NCBI GenBank assembly: GCA_964291285.2
Contig: OZ219786.1
Location: forward strand, 96,001-160,000
Direction of reading: 5' to 3'
Source of the DNA: Alphaproteobacteria bacterium
Lineage (GTDB): Bacteria > Pseudomonadota > Alphaproteobacteria > Bin95
DNA: 64,000 nucleotides
The notes beneath the pieces are model-generated. The model saw only the letters and a program-made list of their open reading frames with translations. It had not been told where the DNA came from and did not search any database. Both the position numbers and the translations under genes were made by a program. Positions 16,509 through 26,207 of this stretch are shown piece after piece; position 1 is the stretch's first letter, and each line of letters opens with the position of its first letter.

Positions 16509-18153
16509 CCATCGCTTCGATCAGGACGGGACCTGAGCCCGCAAGAGCATCGCGGTAGGCCTTGCGGAAAGCGGCTGGCGTTTCGGCCCGCAAGGCGGCC
16601 ATGCCGAAGCCTTCCGCAAGCCGCGTGGCGTCGATGGGGGGATCGCGAAAATCCATCCCTATCGGCGCGTCATTGTCGTGAAACGCCTTCATCCTGTCCT
16701 TCAGAATGCGGTAGCCGCCATTGTTGGCGATAACGAAAACGACCGGCAGCCGGGCATTGACGGCGGTCCAGAGCGCCTGGATCGAATACATGGCGCTGCC
16801 GTCGCCGATAAGCGCCACCGTGCGCCGGGCGGGCTGTGCGATCTGCACGCCGACGGCCGCCGCAATGCCCCATCCGATGCCGCCAGAGACATTGCCGAAA
16901 TACCCATTCGCATCCCGGAACGGTAGGAAGTCCAGAAGACGCGCGCCGGTGGTGATGCCCTCATCGACGACAATGCCGTCTTCGGGCAGCTCCTCGGCAA
17001 GGCACTTGCAGAGCCAGGCCGGCGGGATGGGCCCTGCGTCTTCCTGTACCTGCGCCACGGCGTCTGCCGCCTTCCGCCGGTTCGCGGTCCAATTGCTTTC
17101 CGCCAGCGCGGCGATGCGCTCCTGCCGGTCCGTGCCGAGCTTGTCCTCCAGCACCGGATTCAAGGCTGCAAGCGTCTCCCTTACACCGCCCAGCGCGGCG
17201 ATCTCGGCGGGATAGTTCTTGGCGAGCTCCCAGTCCCTCAGACCGATCTGGATGACCGACATATGGTCGGGCAGCGGGTCCGTTTCGCTCCACACCGACA
17301 TGCGCAGAAAGTCGGCTCCGAGTCCGACGATCAGGTCGTAGGGCGCAAGCGTCCGACGGACCTGGGGCTGACTGCGCGTGAGCGCCCCCATGAAGCAAGG
17401 GTGCTCCGAGGGAAAATGCGCCCCCTGGGGCACACTTTGCTGATAGACGGGCGCGCCCAGCAATTCGGCGAACCGGGCGGCAGCATCGAGCGCGTCGCCG
17501 GTGGCCGTCTCATGGCCGGCGAGGACAACCGGATTTGCAGCGGCAGCGATGCGGTCGGCCATCGCCGCCAGCGCTTCATCCGAAGGACGGGTGCGGGCAT
17601 CGACCCGGGTGGCCCGGCCAAGATCGATGGCCTCGTGGCGGTTCAGGATGTCTCCCGGCAGGGAGATGAACACGGGCCCCGTCGGCGGCGTTGTCGCAAC
17701 CTTGGCGGCGCGGCGTAAAATGCGGGGCAGATCCTCGATCCTGGAGACTTCGACGGCCCATTTGACTACCGGCTCGGCAATCGGGGTGAGCGGGGCATAG
17801 AGGAGCGGTTCCGTCAGCCCGTGGCCCTGTTCCTGCTGGCCGGCGGTCACGATGATCGGCGAGCCGCTTTGCGAGGCGGTGTAAAGCGCGCCGATGGCAT
17901 TCCCCAATCCCGGCGCGACATGAACATTGCAGGCCGCCAGCTTGCCGGACGCGCGCGCATAGCCGTCGGCCATGGCAACGACCACCGACTCCTGCAGTCC
18001 AAGCACGTAACCGAGGTCGGTCTGCTCGGTCAGCGCGTGCATGATCGGCAATTCCGTCGTGCCCGGATTGCCGAAAAGATGCGTGATGCCCTCGTCCTTG
18101 AGCACGGTAAGGAAGGCGCTGCGGCCGCTGATCGTGTTGGAAGGGGATGACAT
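16492..18153 (-). CDS. Thiamine-pyrophosphate enzyme, benzoylformate decarboxylase-like
   Basis: FGNPGTTELP, LQESVVVAMADGYA, IGDGSAMYSIQALW..NNGGY TPP motif; start ATG 18153. Confidence 0.9.
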   Translation of the reverse strand: MSSPSNTISGRSAFLTVLKDEGITHLFGNPGTTELPIMHALTEQTDLGYVLGLQESVVVAMADGYARASGKLAACNVHVAPGLGNAIGALYTASQSGSPIIVTAGQQEQGHGLTEPLLYAPLTPIAEPVVKWAVEVSRIEDLPRILRRAAKVATTPPTGPVFISLPGDILNRHEAIDLGRATRVDARTRPSDEALAAMADRIAAAANPVVLAGHETATGDALDAAARFAELLGAPVYQQSVPQGAHFPSEHPCFMGALTRSQPQVRRTLAPYDLIVGLGADFLRMSVWSETDPLPDHMSVIQIGLRDWELAKNYPAEIAALGGVRETLAALNPVLEDKLGTDRQERIAALAESNWTANRRKAADAVAQVQEDAGPIPPAWLCKCLAEELPEDGIVVDEGITTGARLLDFLPFRDANGYFGNVSGGIGWGIAAAVGVQIAQPARRTVALIGDGSAMYSIQALWTAVNARLPVVFVIANNGGYRILKDRMKAFHDNDAPIGMDFRDPPIDATRLAEGFGMAALRAETPAAFRKAYRDALAGSGPVLIEAMVSAGG

Positions 18154-18256
18154 CGGCTGTTCTCTTCCTTCATTCGCCGGGAAACCGGTCTGCCGGGGCG
18201 CCGGATTGGATGTGCCGGACGGGACCGGCGGTCCTGTCCCGTCCGGAAAGCAAAGG

Positions 18257-18997
18257 TCAGGACGCGAGAAAACCGCCGTCCACATAGAGCTCCACGCCGG
18301 AGCAGTAGCTGCTGTCGTCGGATGCCAGGAAGAGCACGGCTTTGGCGACCTCGTCCGCCCGCCCGTTGCGGCCCATCGGAACCCGGCGCAGCATCCGCTC
18401 GCGCACGGCGGGATCGGCGGTGGCGCCGGAGGTCCGCATAGGCGGCATCAGGCCTGGATGGACCGAATTCGCCCTGATTCCCTCGGGCGCGTGGCGCACG
18501 GCCAATGATTTCGTCAATACGCGGATTGCGCCCTTGGAGGCATTGTAGCCGTGATGGACGACGTCCTGGCCGACCACGCCGGAGATCGACGAAATATTGA
18601 CAATGACGCCGCCGCTCGCGGCCGCCATCTTCGGCACGAAATGCCGGCATCCGAGAAACGCCCCGGTGACATTGATGGCCATGAGGCTGTTCCATGCGTC
18701 GAGGTCGAACGGATCGGCATAGCCGCTGCCGCTGATGCCGGCATTGTTGACCAGAATACCGGCCTCCGGCCGGGAGGCGGCCAATTCCGCCCATCCCGAA
18801 TCCTCGGTCACATCCAGCCGGTGGAAGGATGCCTTGCCCCCGTTGGCGGCGATCTTTTCCGCCTGCGACCGTCCTTCCTTTTCCAGGATATCCGCGATGA
18901 CAATGTCCGCGCCCTCGGAAGCAAGGAGTTCGGCAGTGACCGCCCCCATGCCCCAGGCCCCTCCGGTGACGATCGCGGTCTTGCCGGCAAGCTTCAT
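18257..18997 (-). CDS. SDR family oxidoreductase
   Basis: TGGAWGMG, NNAGI, YNASK. Confidence 0.9.
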   Translation of the reverse strand: MKLAGKTAIVTGGAWGMGAVTAELLASEGADIVIADILEKEGRSQAEKIAANGGKASFHRLDVTEDSGWAELAASRPEAGILVNNAGISGSGYADPFDLDAWNSLMAINVTGAFLGCRHFVPKMAAASGGVIVNISSISGVVGQDVVHHGYNASKGAIRVLTKSLAVRHAPEGIRANSVHPGLMPPMRTSGATADPAVRERMLRRVPMGRNGRADEVAKAVLFLASDDSSYCSGVELYVDGGFLAS

Positions 18998-19177
18998 TCT
19001 TCTTCTCCCACAGCGAGGTCTTGCGCAAAGCGGCGCCCATCATGGCGCAACCGGAAACGCCCCGAAAGATACGCCATGGCGGGAACCGGCCGGCGCGACA
19101 GGCCTGGAATCGTCCGATATGTTGGCGCGGAAGTCGTCGGGCTTCCGGTTGCCGGGCCCGTGAACAAGGGGAAGGCG

Positions 19178-20191
19178 ATGCGGCGAAGCGCTGTCGCGCT
19201 TGCGGTGTTGGTCGGGGTCTGTTGCGCCGGCGGGAACGCGCATGCGGACGATTTCGGCAGGTGGCTGGCGGAATTTCGCGCCGAGGCCGCGGGAAAGGGC
19301 ATTTCGCCAAGCACGCTGGACGCCGCGCTGACGGGACTCAGGCCGCTGGAGAAGGTCCTGAACCGCGACCGCAAGCAACCGGAATTCAAGCTGACCTTCG
19401 AGACCTACAGCAACCGCCTTCTCAAGCCGGTCAATATCGAACGGGGCAGGGCGATGATGACGGAACATGCCGGGTTGCTGCGGCGCGTGTCTGGGCGCTA
19501 CGGCGTACAACCGCGCTTCATTGTCGCAATCTGGGGCATCGAAACCCGCTACGGCGCCATAAAGGGCAGCACGGAAGTGGTACCCGCGCTCGCGACGCTG
19601 GCGTTCGACCGGCGGCGGTCCCGGTTCTTCCGCGCGCAGCTGCTGGATGCGCTGCGCATGGTGGACAAGGGTTATATCCAGCTTGCCGACATGAAGGGCT
19701 CCTGGGCGGGCGCAATGGGCCATCCCCAGTTCATTCCGTCCAGCTACCTTGCATTCGCGCAAGATTTCGACGGCGACGGCCGGCGGGACATCTGGAATAA
19801 TCTCGGCGATGTTTTCGCCTCAATTGCCAACTATCTCCACCGGCACGGTTGGTCGGATGCGCGCACATGGGGGCGCGGGGTGCGGGTGCCGGAGGCAGTG
19901 AGACAGGCCTACGATTCAATGGCCGCCGGGAAAGCGAAGGGATGCCGCGCGCTCCGGCAGGCGACGAAAGCGCAAGGTCTCGCGGAATGGCAGGCGGCGG
20001 GCCTGCGCCGCCTGTCCGGCGCCGCACTACCGGCCGTGATGCTCGACGCCAGGCTGCTCATGCCGGACGGCGCCGATGGCAGGGCTTTTCTCGTCTATCG
20101 CAACTACGAGGGGCTGTTGCGCTACAATTGCTCCAATCTTTATGCATTGACGGTGGGGCTGTTGTCGGATGCTGTCGGGGGGCGCCGATGA
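19178..20191 (+). CDS. Lytic murein transglycosylase (MltB/SltB family)
   Basis: [36 protein letters not shown]. Confidence 0.9.
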   Translation: MRRSAVALAVLVGVCCAGGNAHADDFGRWLAEFRAEAAGKGISPSTLDAALTGLRPLEKVLNRDRKQPEFKLTFETYSNRLLKPVNIERGRAMMTEHAGLLRRVSGRYGVQPRFIVAIWGIETRYGAIKGSTEVVPALATLAFDRRRSRFFRAQLLDALRMVDKGYIQLADMKGSWAGAMGHPQFIPSSYLAFAQDFDGDGRRDIWNNLGDVFASIANYLHRHGWSDARTWGRGVRVPEAVRQAYDSMAAGKAKGCRALRQATKAQGLAEWQAAGLRRLSGAALPAVMLDARLLMPDGADGRAFLVYRNYEGLLRYNCSNLYALTVGLLSDAVGGRR

Positions 20192-21048
20192 TCCGCGTCC
20201 TTGCGCTGTTGCTGGCATTCGCTGTTTGCGCCTGCAGTTCGCCCGACCCGGTCAAGCGGACGGCGAAGACGGGAGAGCGGAGCGGAAAGGTGGTGGACAG
20301 GCGCCTCGGCGTCTCGGCATCGCCATACCGCCCGTTGACCTACAATGTCAGCAGCTACAAGGTCGGCGAGCCCTACAAGATCGCCGAGCGCTGGTACCGA
20401 CCGAAGGAATACGAGACCTTTTCCGAAACCGGCATAGCGTCTTGGTACGGACATAAATTCCACAGCCGCCAGACGGCCAATGGTGAAGTCTTCAACATGT
20501 ACGCGATGACGGCGGCGCATCGCGTGCTGCCGTTGCCGAGCGTGGTGCGCGTCACCAATCTCAGCAATGGACGAAGCGTGGTCGTGCGCATCAACGACCG
20601 CGGCCCCTATGCGCATGAGCGAATCATCGACCTGTCGCTTTCGGCCGCCGAGAAGATCGGTTTCCGCCGCAAGGGCGTCACCAGGGTGCGGGTCGAATTG
20701 CTGCCTGAACTGAGCCGCAAGGTCGCACGGATTGCAAGGGCCGGCGGCGGAGCCCGGAAGCAGGACCGTCTCGTGGCCGATTTCGTCAGAGGCGGCAGCC
20801 CCCGGACCGGCGTGTATTATGTGCAGGCGGGCACGTTTCGCGACCGCAGAAATGCCGAGGTCATGGCAAACAGGTTGAGGCGGCACTTCGACAGCGTGCG
20901 GGTTCACACGAGCACGGCGAAGAACGGCAGGGTCCTGCACCGCGTCCGCATCGGGCCGGAAAGCACCAGGCAATCGGCGGACGCCTTGCAGGCCCGCGTG
21001 AAGGCGCGCGGACCGCGGGACGCCTTTGTGGTCCGCTCGACCGGATAG
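20188..21048 (+). CDS. rlpA: Septal ring lytic transglycosylase RlpA lipoprotein with SPOR domain
   Basis: Lipobox-like VCAC; [31 protein letters not shown]; C-terminal YVQAGTF. Confidence 0.9.
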   Translation: MIRVLALLLAFAVCACSSPDPVKRTAKTGERSGKVVDRRLGVSASPYRPLTYNVSSYKVGEPYKIAERWYRPKEYETFSETGIASWYGHKFHSRQTANGEVFNMYAMTAAHRVLPLPSVVRVTNLSNGRSVVVRINDRGPYAHERIIDLSLSAAEKIGFRRKGVTRVRVELLPELSRKVARIARAGGGARKQDRLVADFVRGGSPRTGVYYVQAGTFRDRRNAEVMANRLRRHFDSVRVHTSTAKNGRVLHRVRIGPESTRQSADALQARVKARGPRDAFVVRSTG

Positions 21049-21059
21049 GGAGCGCGCCC

Positions 21060-22190
21060 ATGCGATTGAGTGTCTTCACTATTCTGGCCTCGCTGCTGTT
21101 GGCCTTGGCCGCCCGCGCCGATACGACCATCGCTCCGCACGCGATATTGATCGACGGGACGACCGGGACCGTGCTGCTGGAAAAGGACGCCGACACACCG
21201 CTCCCGCCGGCGTCAATGAGCAAGCTCATGACAGTGCTCATGGTCTTCGAGCGGTTGAAGGCCGGCGTGCTTTCGATGGACCAGACCTTCCCTGTCAGCC
21301 ACAAGGCCTGGAAGATGGGCGGTTCCAAGACCTTCGTGCGCGTCAACAGGCGCGTATCGGTTGCCGACCTGCTGCGGGGCGTCATCGTGCAGTCGGGCAA
21401 CGATGCCTCCATCGTCATTGCCGAGGGGATTTCCGGCAGCGAGGAAGCGTTCGCCGAAGCGATGACGGCACGCGCGCGGGAACTGGGCCTTACGAGCGCG
21501 AATTTCACGAATGCGACCGGCTGGCCGCATCCGCAACATGTGATCTCGCCACGCGACCTCGCCCGTCTTGCACAAATTCTTGTGACAGAGTTTCCCGAGC
21601 ATTACGGGATGTTTGCGGAGCGCGAATTCGAGTTCAACAAGATCAAGCAGCGCAACCGCAACCCCCTGTTGGGACGCGTGCCGGGCGCCGATGGCCTCAA
21701 GACCGGCCATACGAACGCATCGGGTTACGGCCTGACCGCCTCTGCCGAGCGCGACGGGCGGCGGCTCTACCTTGTGATGAACGGGTTGAGGAACTCCCGG
21801 GCGCGGGCGCGGGAGGCGGAGCGGCTGATCGAATGGGGCTTTCGCGAGTTCGCAGCCTATCCCCTCGTGAAAGAGGGAGAAACGGTCGAGAAGGCGGCCG
21901 TATGGCTCGGCAGCGTGGACCATGTGCCGCTGGTTCCGGACCGCGACGTGGTGCTTTCGCTGAAGCGCCAGGCGCGCTCCGGGCTGAAGGCGTCCGTCAG
22001 GTGGACAGGGCCGGTCGTTGCCCCCGTGAAGGAGGGCCAGCAGCTTGCAGTTCTGCGTCTGGAGGCGCCCGGCATCCAGCCGGTGGAACACCCGCTTTAC
22101 GCTGGAACGGACGTCGAGCGGATCGGTTTTTTCGGCCGCATCTTTGAGCGGATGCGCGCCATGATCTTCGGCTTCGACCCCGCGGCGTGA
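21060..22190 (+). CDS. dacA: D-alanyl-D-alanine carboxypeptidase (PBP5 family)
   Basis: PASMSK, SGN, KTG motifs. Confidence 0.9.
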   Translation: MRLSVFTILASLLLALAARADTTIAPHAILIDGTTGTVLLEKDADTPLPPASMSKLMTVLMVFERLKAGVLSMDQTFPVSHKAWKMGGSKTFVRVNRRVSVADLLRGVIVQSGNDASIVIAEGISGSEEAFAEAMTARARELGLTSANFTNATGWPHPQHVISPRDLARLAQILVTEFPEHYGMFAEREFEFNKIKQRNRNPLLGRVPGADGLKTGHTNASGYGLTASAERDGRRLYLVMNGLRNSRARAREAERLIEWGFREFAAYPLVKEGETVEKAAVWLGSVDHVPLVPDRDVVLSLKRQARSGLKASVRWTGPVVAPVKEGQQLAVLRLEAPGIQPVEHPLYAGTDVERIGFFGRIFERMRAMIFGFDPAA

Positions 22191-22807
22191 CGGGCAGGCT
22201 GATAACCTTCGAAGGCGGCGACGGGGCCGGAAAATCGACCCAGATCGCACGGCTCGCCGACTGGCTGGAAGAGCGCAACATTCAGGTGGTCTGCACACGC
22301 GAGCCAGGCGGCACGACGGAAGCCGAAGCCATCCGCGGACTGCTCGTTTCCGGAGAGTCGGACTGGGACCCGCTCACCGAGGCGATGCTGCATCACGCAG
22401 CGCGGCGGGAACATGCCGAAAAGCGTATCCGCCCGGCGCTTGCGGCCGGGACATGGGTGCTGTCGGACCGGTTTTTCGATTCGACGGTTGCCTACCAGTG
22501 CTATGGCCAGGGCGTTGCGCCGGAAGATGAGGCGGTCCTGCGACGGCTTGCAATCGGGGCACTGCGCCCCGACCTGACGCTGCTGCTGGACATACCGGTC
22601 GAAACCGGGCGTGACAGGGCGCGCGACCGGCGGAAGAGCCGCTACGAGGAGATGAACGACGAACTGCATCTCCGCGTACGCGCGGGGTTTCTGGAAATCG
22701 CGCGCCGGGAACCGGGGCGGGTGGCGGTCATCGACGCAGGAAGGGAGCCGGATGGCGTGGCGGCAGCCGTGCAAGCCATCGTCGCGGAGCGTTTCGGCCT
22801 GTCATGA
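22187..22807 (+). CDS. tmk: Thymidylate kinase
   Basis: FEGGDGAGKST, TREPGGT, DRF..STVAYQ. Confidence 0.95.
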   Translation: MTGRLITFEGGDGAGKSTQIARLADWLEERNIQVVCTREPGGTTEAEAIRGLLVSGESDWDPLTEAMLHHAARREHAEKRIRPALAAGTWVLSDRFFDSTVAYQCYGQGVAPEDEAVLRRLAIGALRPDLTLLLDIPVETGRDRARDRRKSRYEEMNDELHLRVRAGFLEIARREPGRVAVIDAGREPDGVAAAVQAIVAERFGLS

Positions 22808-23817
22808 TCGCCGGGGAGAAAGCGGAACCGAGAAAACGGGAGAGGCTGGTCGGCCATCCGGCAGCGGCAGGCATGCTTGCTACCGACCATGCTGCCGGCA
22901 GGCTGCATCATGCTTGGATTCTGGCCGGGCCGCGCGGAATCGGGAAAGCTACACTGGCCTTCAGGTTCGCCCGCTATCTCCTTGCAGGACAATCCGGATT
23001 GCTTCCGGAAGAAGCAAGGGCCAAGCCGCTCCACCTCCCGGCCGACGACCCGGTCTTCCGCCACGTGGCGTCGGGCGGCCATGCCGACCTGCGGACCGTC
23101 GAGCCGGCGGGCGCGCGCGGAGAAATCCGGGTCGATGCGATACGCGATGCGATTCGTTTCCTGAAGCTGACACCCGGCGAGTCGGCATGGCGCGTCCTGA
23201 TCGTGGACGGGGCGGATTCCATGAACCCGAACGCGCAGAACGCCGCCTTGAAGGTGTTGGAGGAACCGCCGCGCAACGTATTGATTCTGTTGATTGCCCA
23301 TCGCCCGTCGCTGCTTCTCCCGACGGTGCGCTCGCGCTGCCGCCTGCTGCGAATGGCTCCCCTCGACCGCCCGGCTTTCGACGAGGTGCTTTTCGACATC
23401 GCGCCGGAACTGGATGCGGAGGCCTGCGCCCGTCTGTTCGCGGTTTCCGGCGGCAGCCCCGGGGCGGCGCTGGAATTGGAACAGTTCGGCGGGCGCGGGA
23501 TCAAGGAGGCGGTCGATGCCTTGCTCGAGTCGCTGCCGGCCATCGACCGCGAGGCACTGGAAGCTGTCGCCGCCGCGGTAACCGGGAACCGCGAGCCCGG
23601 ACATTTCCAGGCGTTCGGGAGAATCCTCATGGCAAGCTTGGCCGAACGCCTGCGGACTGCCGGTCCTGACGCCGCCTGGCTGGACGCCGAGGCGGGCGTG
23701 TCGCGCCTGCTGGAGCGCTGTATTGCGCTGTCCCTCGACCGGCGGCAAACGGTGTTCGAGATTTTCAGCGGGCTCGCCAGAACGGCCGCCGGTGGGGGGC
23801 AGGGCGCCCGTGCTTGA
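22804..23817 (+). CDS. holB: DNA polymerase III subunit delta'
   Basis: HHAWILAGPRGIGKATLA, NAALKVLEEPP, TVRSRC; follows tmk. Confidence 0.9.
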   Translation: MIAGEKAEPRKRERLVGHPAAAGMLATDHAAGRLHHAWILAGPRGIGKATLAFRFARYLLAGQSGLLPEEARAKPLHLPADDPVFRHVASGGHADLRTVEPAGARGEIRVDAIRDAIRFLKLTPGESAWRVLIVDGADSMNPNAQNAALKVLEEPPRNVLILLIAHRPSLLLPTVRSRCRLLRMAPLDRPAFDEVLFDIAPELDAEACARLFAVSGGSPGAALELEQFGGRGIKEAVDALLESLPAIDREALEAVAAAVTGNREPGHFQAFGRILMASLAERLRTAGPDAAWLDAEAGVSRLLERCIALSLDRRQTVFEIFSGLARTAAGGGQGARA

Positions 23818-23877
23818 TTCCGTGAATTATAAGTGGGACAACCCGCCCGTGTTCCGGGACCCGGATGTCCGCCCCCC

Positions 23878-25428
23878 ATGAGCGACGCTACGCCGTTCTA
23901 CATCACCACGCCGATCTACTACGTCAACGATGCGCCCCATATCGGTCATGCGTACACCACATTGGCTTGCGATGTGCTGGCGCGCTTCAAGCGGCTCGAC
24001 GGCTACGATGTCCAGTTCCTGACCGGCACGGACGAGCACGGGCAGAAGGTTGAAAAGGCCGCTGCGGCGGCGGGCGAAGCGGCGCAGCCCTTCACGGACC
24101 GGATGTCCGGGAATTTCCGCGATCTGGCGGGAACCCTGCGCACATCCAACGACATCTTCATCCGCACCACCGAACACCGCCACAAGCTTGCGAGCCAGGC
24201 CATCTGGAAGGCGCTGGTGGCCGCCGGCGACATCTATCTCGGCAGCTATGCCGGCTGGTATTCGGTGCGCGACGAGGCGTTCTTCACCGAGTCCGAGGTG
24301 ACGAAACGCGAGGATGGCGTCCGCATCGCGCCGACCGGGGCCGAATGCGAATGGGTAGAGGAGCCGAGCTACTTCTTCCGGCTTTCAGAGTGGCAGGACC
24401 GTCTGCTTGCCTTCTACGAGGCCAATCCCGATTTCATCGGGCCGCAAAGCCGGCGCAACGAGGTCGTCAGTTTCGTCAGGGGAGGCCTGCAGGACCTGTC
24501 GGTCTCGCGTACGACCTTCAACTGGGGCATCCCGGTTCCCGGCGACGACGCGCATGTCATGTATGTCTGGCTGGATGCGCTGACGAACTACATTACCGGC
24601 GTCGGCTATCCCGAGACCGACGGCGCCTTTTTCTCCCGCTATTGGCCCGCAAGCCTTCACATGGTCGGCAAGGACATCGTGCGCTTCCATGCGGTCTATT
24701 GGCCGGCCTTCCTCATGGCCGCCGGCGTGGCACCGCCCAGACGCGTGTTCGCGCATGGCTGGTGGACCAATGAGGGCGAGAAAATCTCCAAGTCGCTCGG
24801 CAATGTCATCGATCCCTACGACCTGATCGATCGTTACGGGCTGGACCAGCTGCGCTATTTCCTGCTGCGCGAGGTGCCGTTCGGCAATGACGGCGATTTC
24901 TCGCACCGGTCGATGGTCCAGCGCATGAACGGCGAACTCGCCAACGACTACGGCAATCTGGTGCAGCGGACGCTGTCGATGATCGCCCGGAATTGCGGCG
25001 GCGAACTGCCCGGGCCGGGACAGTTTTCGCCCGAAGACAAGGGATTGCTCGGCGAAGTCGCCGGCCTGCTGGATCCGCTTCGCTCGGCGATGGACCGGCA
25101 GGCCTTCCACGAGGCGCTGGAAGACATCTGGCGCGTTATCCGGGCGGCCAATGCCTATATAGCCGGCGAGGAGCCTTGGGCGCTGCGCAAGAGCGACCCG
25201 GAGCGCATGGGCACGGTCCTGTTCGTTGCCGCCGAGGCTATCAGGGGCCTGGCTCTTGCGACCCTGCCATTCATGCCGGATGCGTCCCACCGTATTCTCG
25301 ACCAGCTTGCCGTCGAGCCCGAAGCCCGCGATTTCGCAGCGTTCGGAGAGGCCGGAACACTCAGCCCCGGCAGGGCGCTGCCCAGGCCGGAAGGCGTGTT
25401 CCCGCGCTATAGCGGCGAGGAAGCATGA
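23878..25428 (+). CDS. metG: Methionine-tRNA ligase
   Basis: FYITTPIYYVN, HIGH, KISKS; start placed at ATG 23878. Confidence 0.95.
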   Translation: MSDATPFYITTPIYYVNDAPHIGHAYTTLACDVLARFKRLDGYDVQFLTGTDEHGQKVEKAAAAAGEAAQPFTDRMSGNFRDLAGTLRTSNDIFIRTTEHRHKLASQAIWKALVAAGDIYLGSYAGWYSVRDEAFFTESEVTKREDGVRIAPTGAECEWVEEPSYFFRLSEWQDRLLAFYEANPDFIGPQSRRNEVVSFVRGGLQDLSVSRTTFNWGIPVPGDDAHVMYVWLDALTNYITGVGYPETDGAFFSRYWPASLHMVGKDIVRFHAVYWPAFLMAAGVAPPRRVFAHGWWTNEGEKISKSLGNVIDPYDLIDRYGLDQLRYFLLREVPFGNDGDFSHRSMVQRMNGELANDYGNLVQRTLSMIARNCGGELPGPGQFSPEDKGLLGEVAGLLDPLRSAMDRQAFHEALEDIWRVIRAANAYIAGEEPWALRKSDPERMGTVLFVAAEAIRGLALATLPFMPDASHRILDQLAVEPEARDFAAFGEAGTLSPGRALPRPEGVFPRYSGEEA

Positions 25429-26207
25429 TGCTGGTGGACAGCCATTGCCACCTCGATTTCCCGGACTTCGAGGGGGAAGTGGACGCGCTGGTGGAGCGCG
25501 CGCGGGAAGCCGGGGTCGGCTGCATGGTGACGATCTGCACGCGCCCGCGACAGGCCGAGGCCGTGATTGCGCTTGCCGAGCGCCATGAGAGCGTGTTCTG
25601 CGCGGTCGGGCTGCACCCGCACCATGTCGCCGCCGAAGGGCTGTCGGAAGAGGGGGATCTTGCCGGCCTGGCGGAACACCCCAAGGTCGTTGCGCTCGGC
25701 GAAACCGGTCTCGACTACCACTACGACCGCAGTCCGCGCGAGCTTCAGCAGGAAAGCTTCCGGCGCCATATCCGCGCCGCTGCAAAGGCGGACGTGCCGT
25801 TCGTCGTGCATAGCCGCAACGCCGATACGGACACCGCAACGATCCTTGAAGAAGAGGCGGCGGGGCAGGTCCCGGGCGTTATGCATTGTTTCAGCAGCGG
25901 GCAAGAATTGGCAGACAAGGCCTTGGAATTAGGGCTTTATATTTCGCTTTCGGGCATCGTGACCTTCCGTAATTCAGTGGCCCTGCGCGAGATAGCGGCG
26001 GATGTGCCGCTCGACCGGCTGCTGGTTGAAACCGATGCGCCGTTCCTGGCGCCGGTGCCGATGCGGGGCAAACGCAACGAGCCGGCCTATGTTGTCCACA
26101 CGGCCGCGGTCGCGGCCGAATTGAAGGGCATTTCGGGCGAAGCCTTTGCGGCGGCCAGCACGGACAACTTCTTCCGCCTGTTCCCGAAGGCGCGCACTTG
26201 CGCATAA
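25425..26207 (+). CDS. tatD: TatD family hydrolase
   Basis: DSHCHLD, GETGLDY, HCF, ETDAPFLAP. Confidence 0.95.
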   Translation: MMLVDSHCHLDFPDFEGEVDALVERAREAGVGCMVTICTRPRQAEAVIALAERHESVFCAVGLHPHHVAAEGLSEEGDLAGLAEHPKVVALGETGLDYHYDRSPRELQQESFRRHIRAAAKADVPFVVHSRNADTDTATILEEEAAGQVPGVMHCFSSGQELADKALELGLYISLSGIVTFRNSVALREIAADVPLDRLLVETDAPFLAPVPMRGKRNEPAYVVHTAAVAAELKGISGEAFAAASTDNFFRLFPKARTCA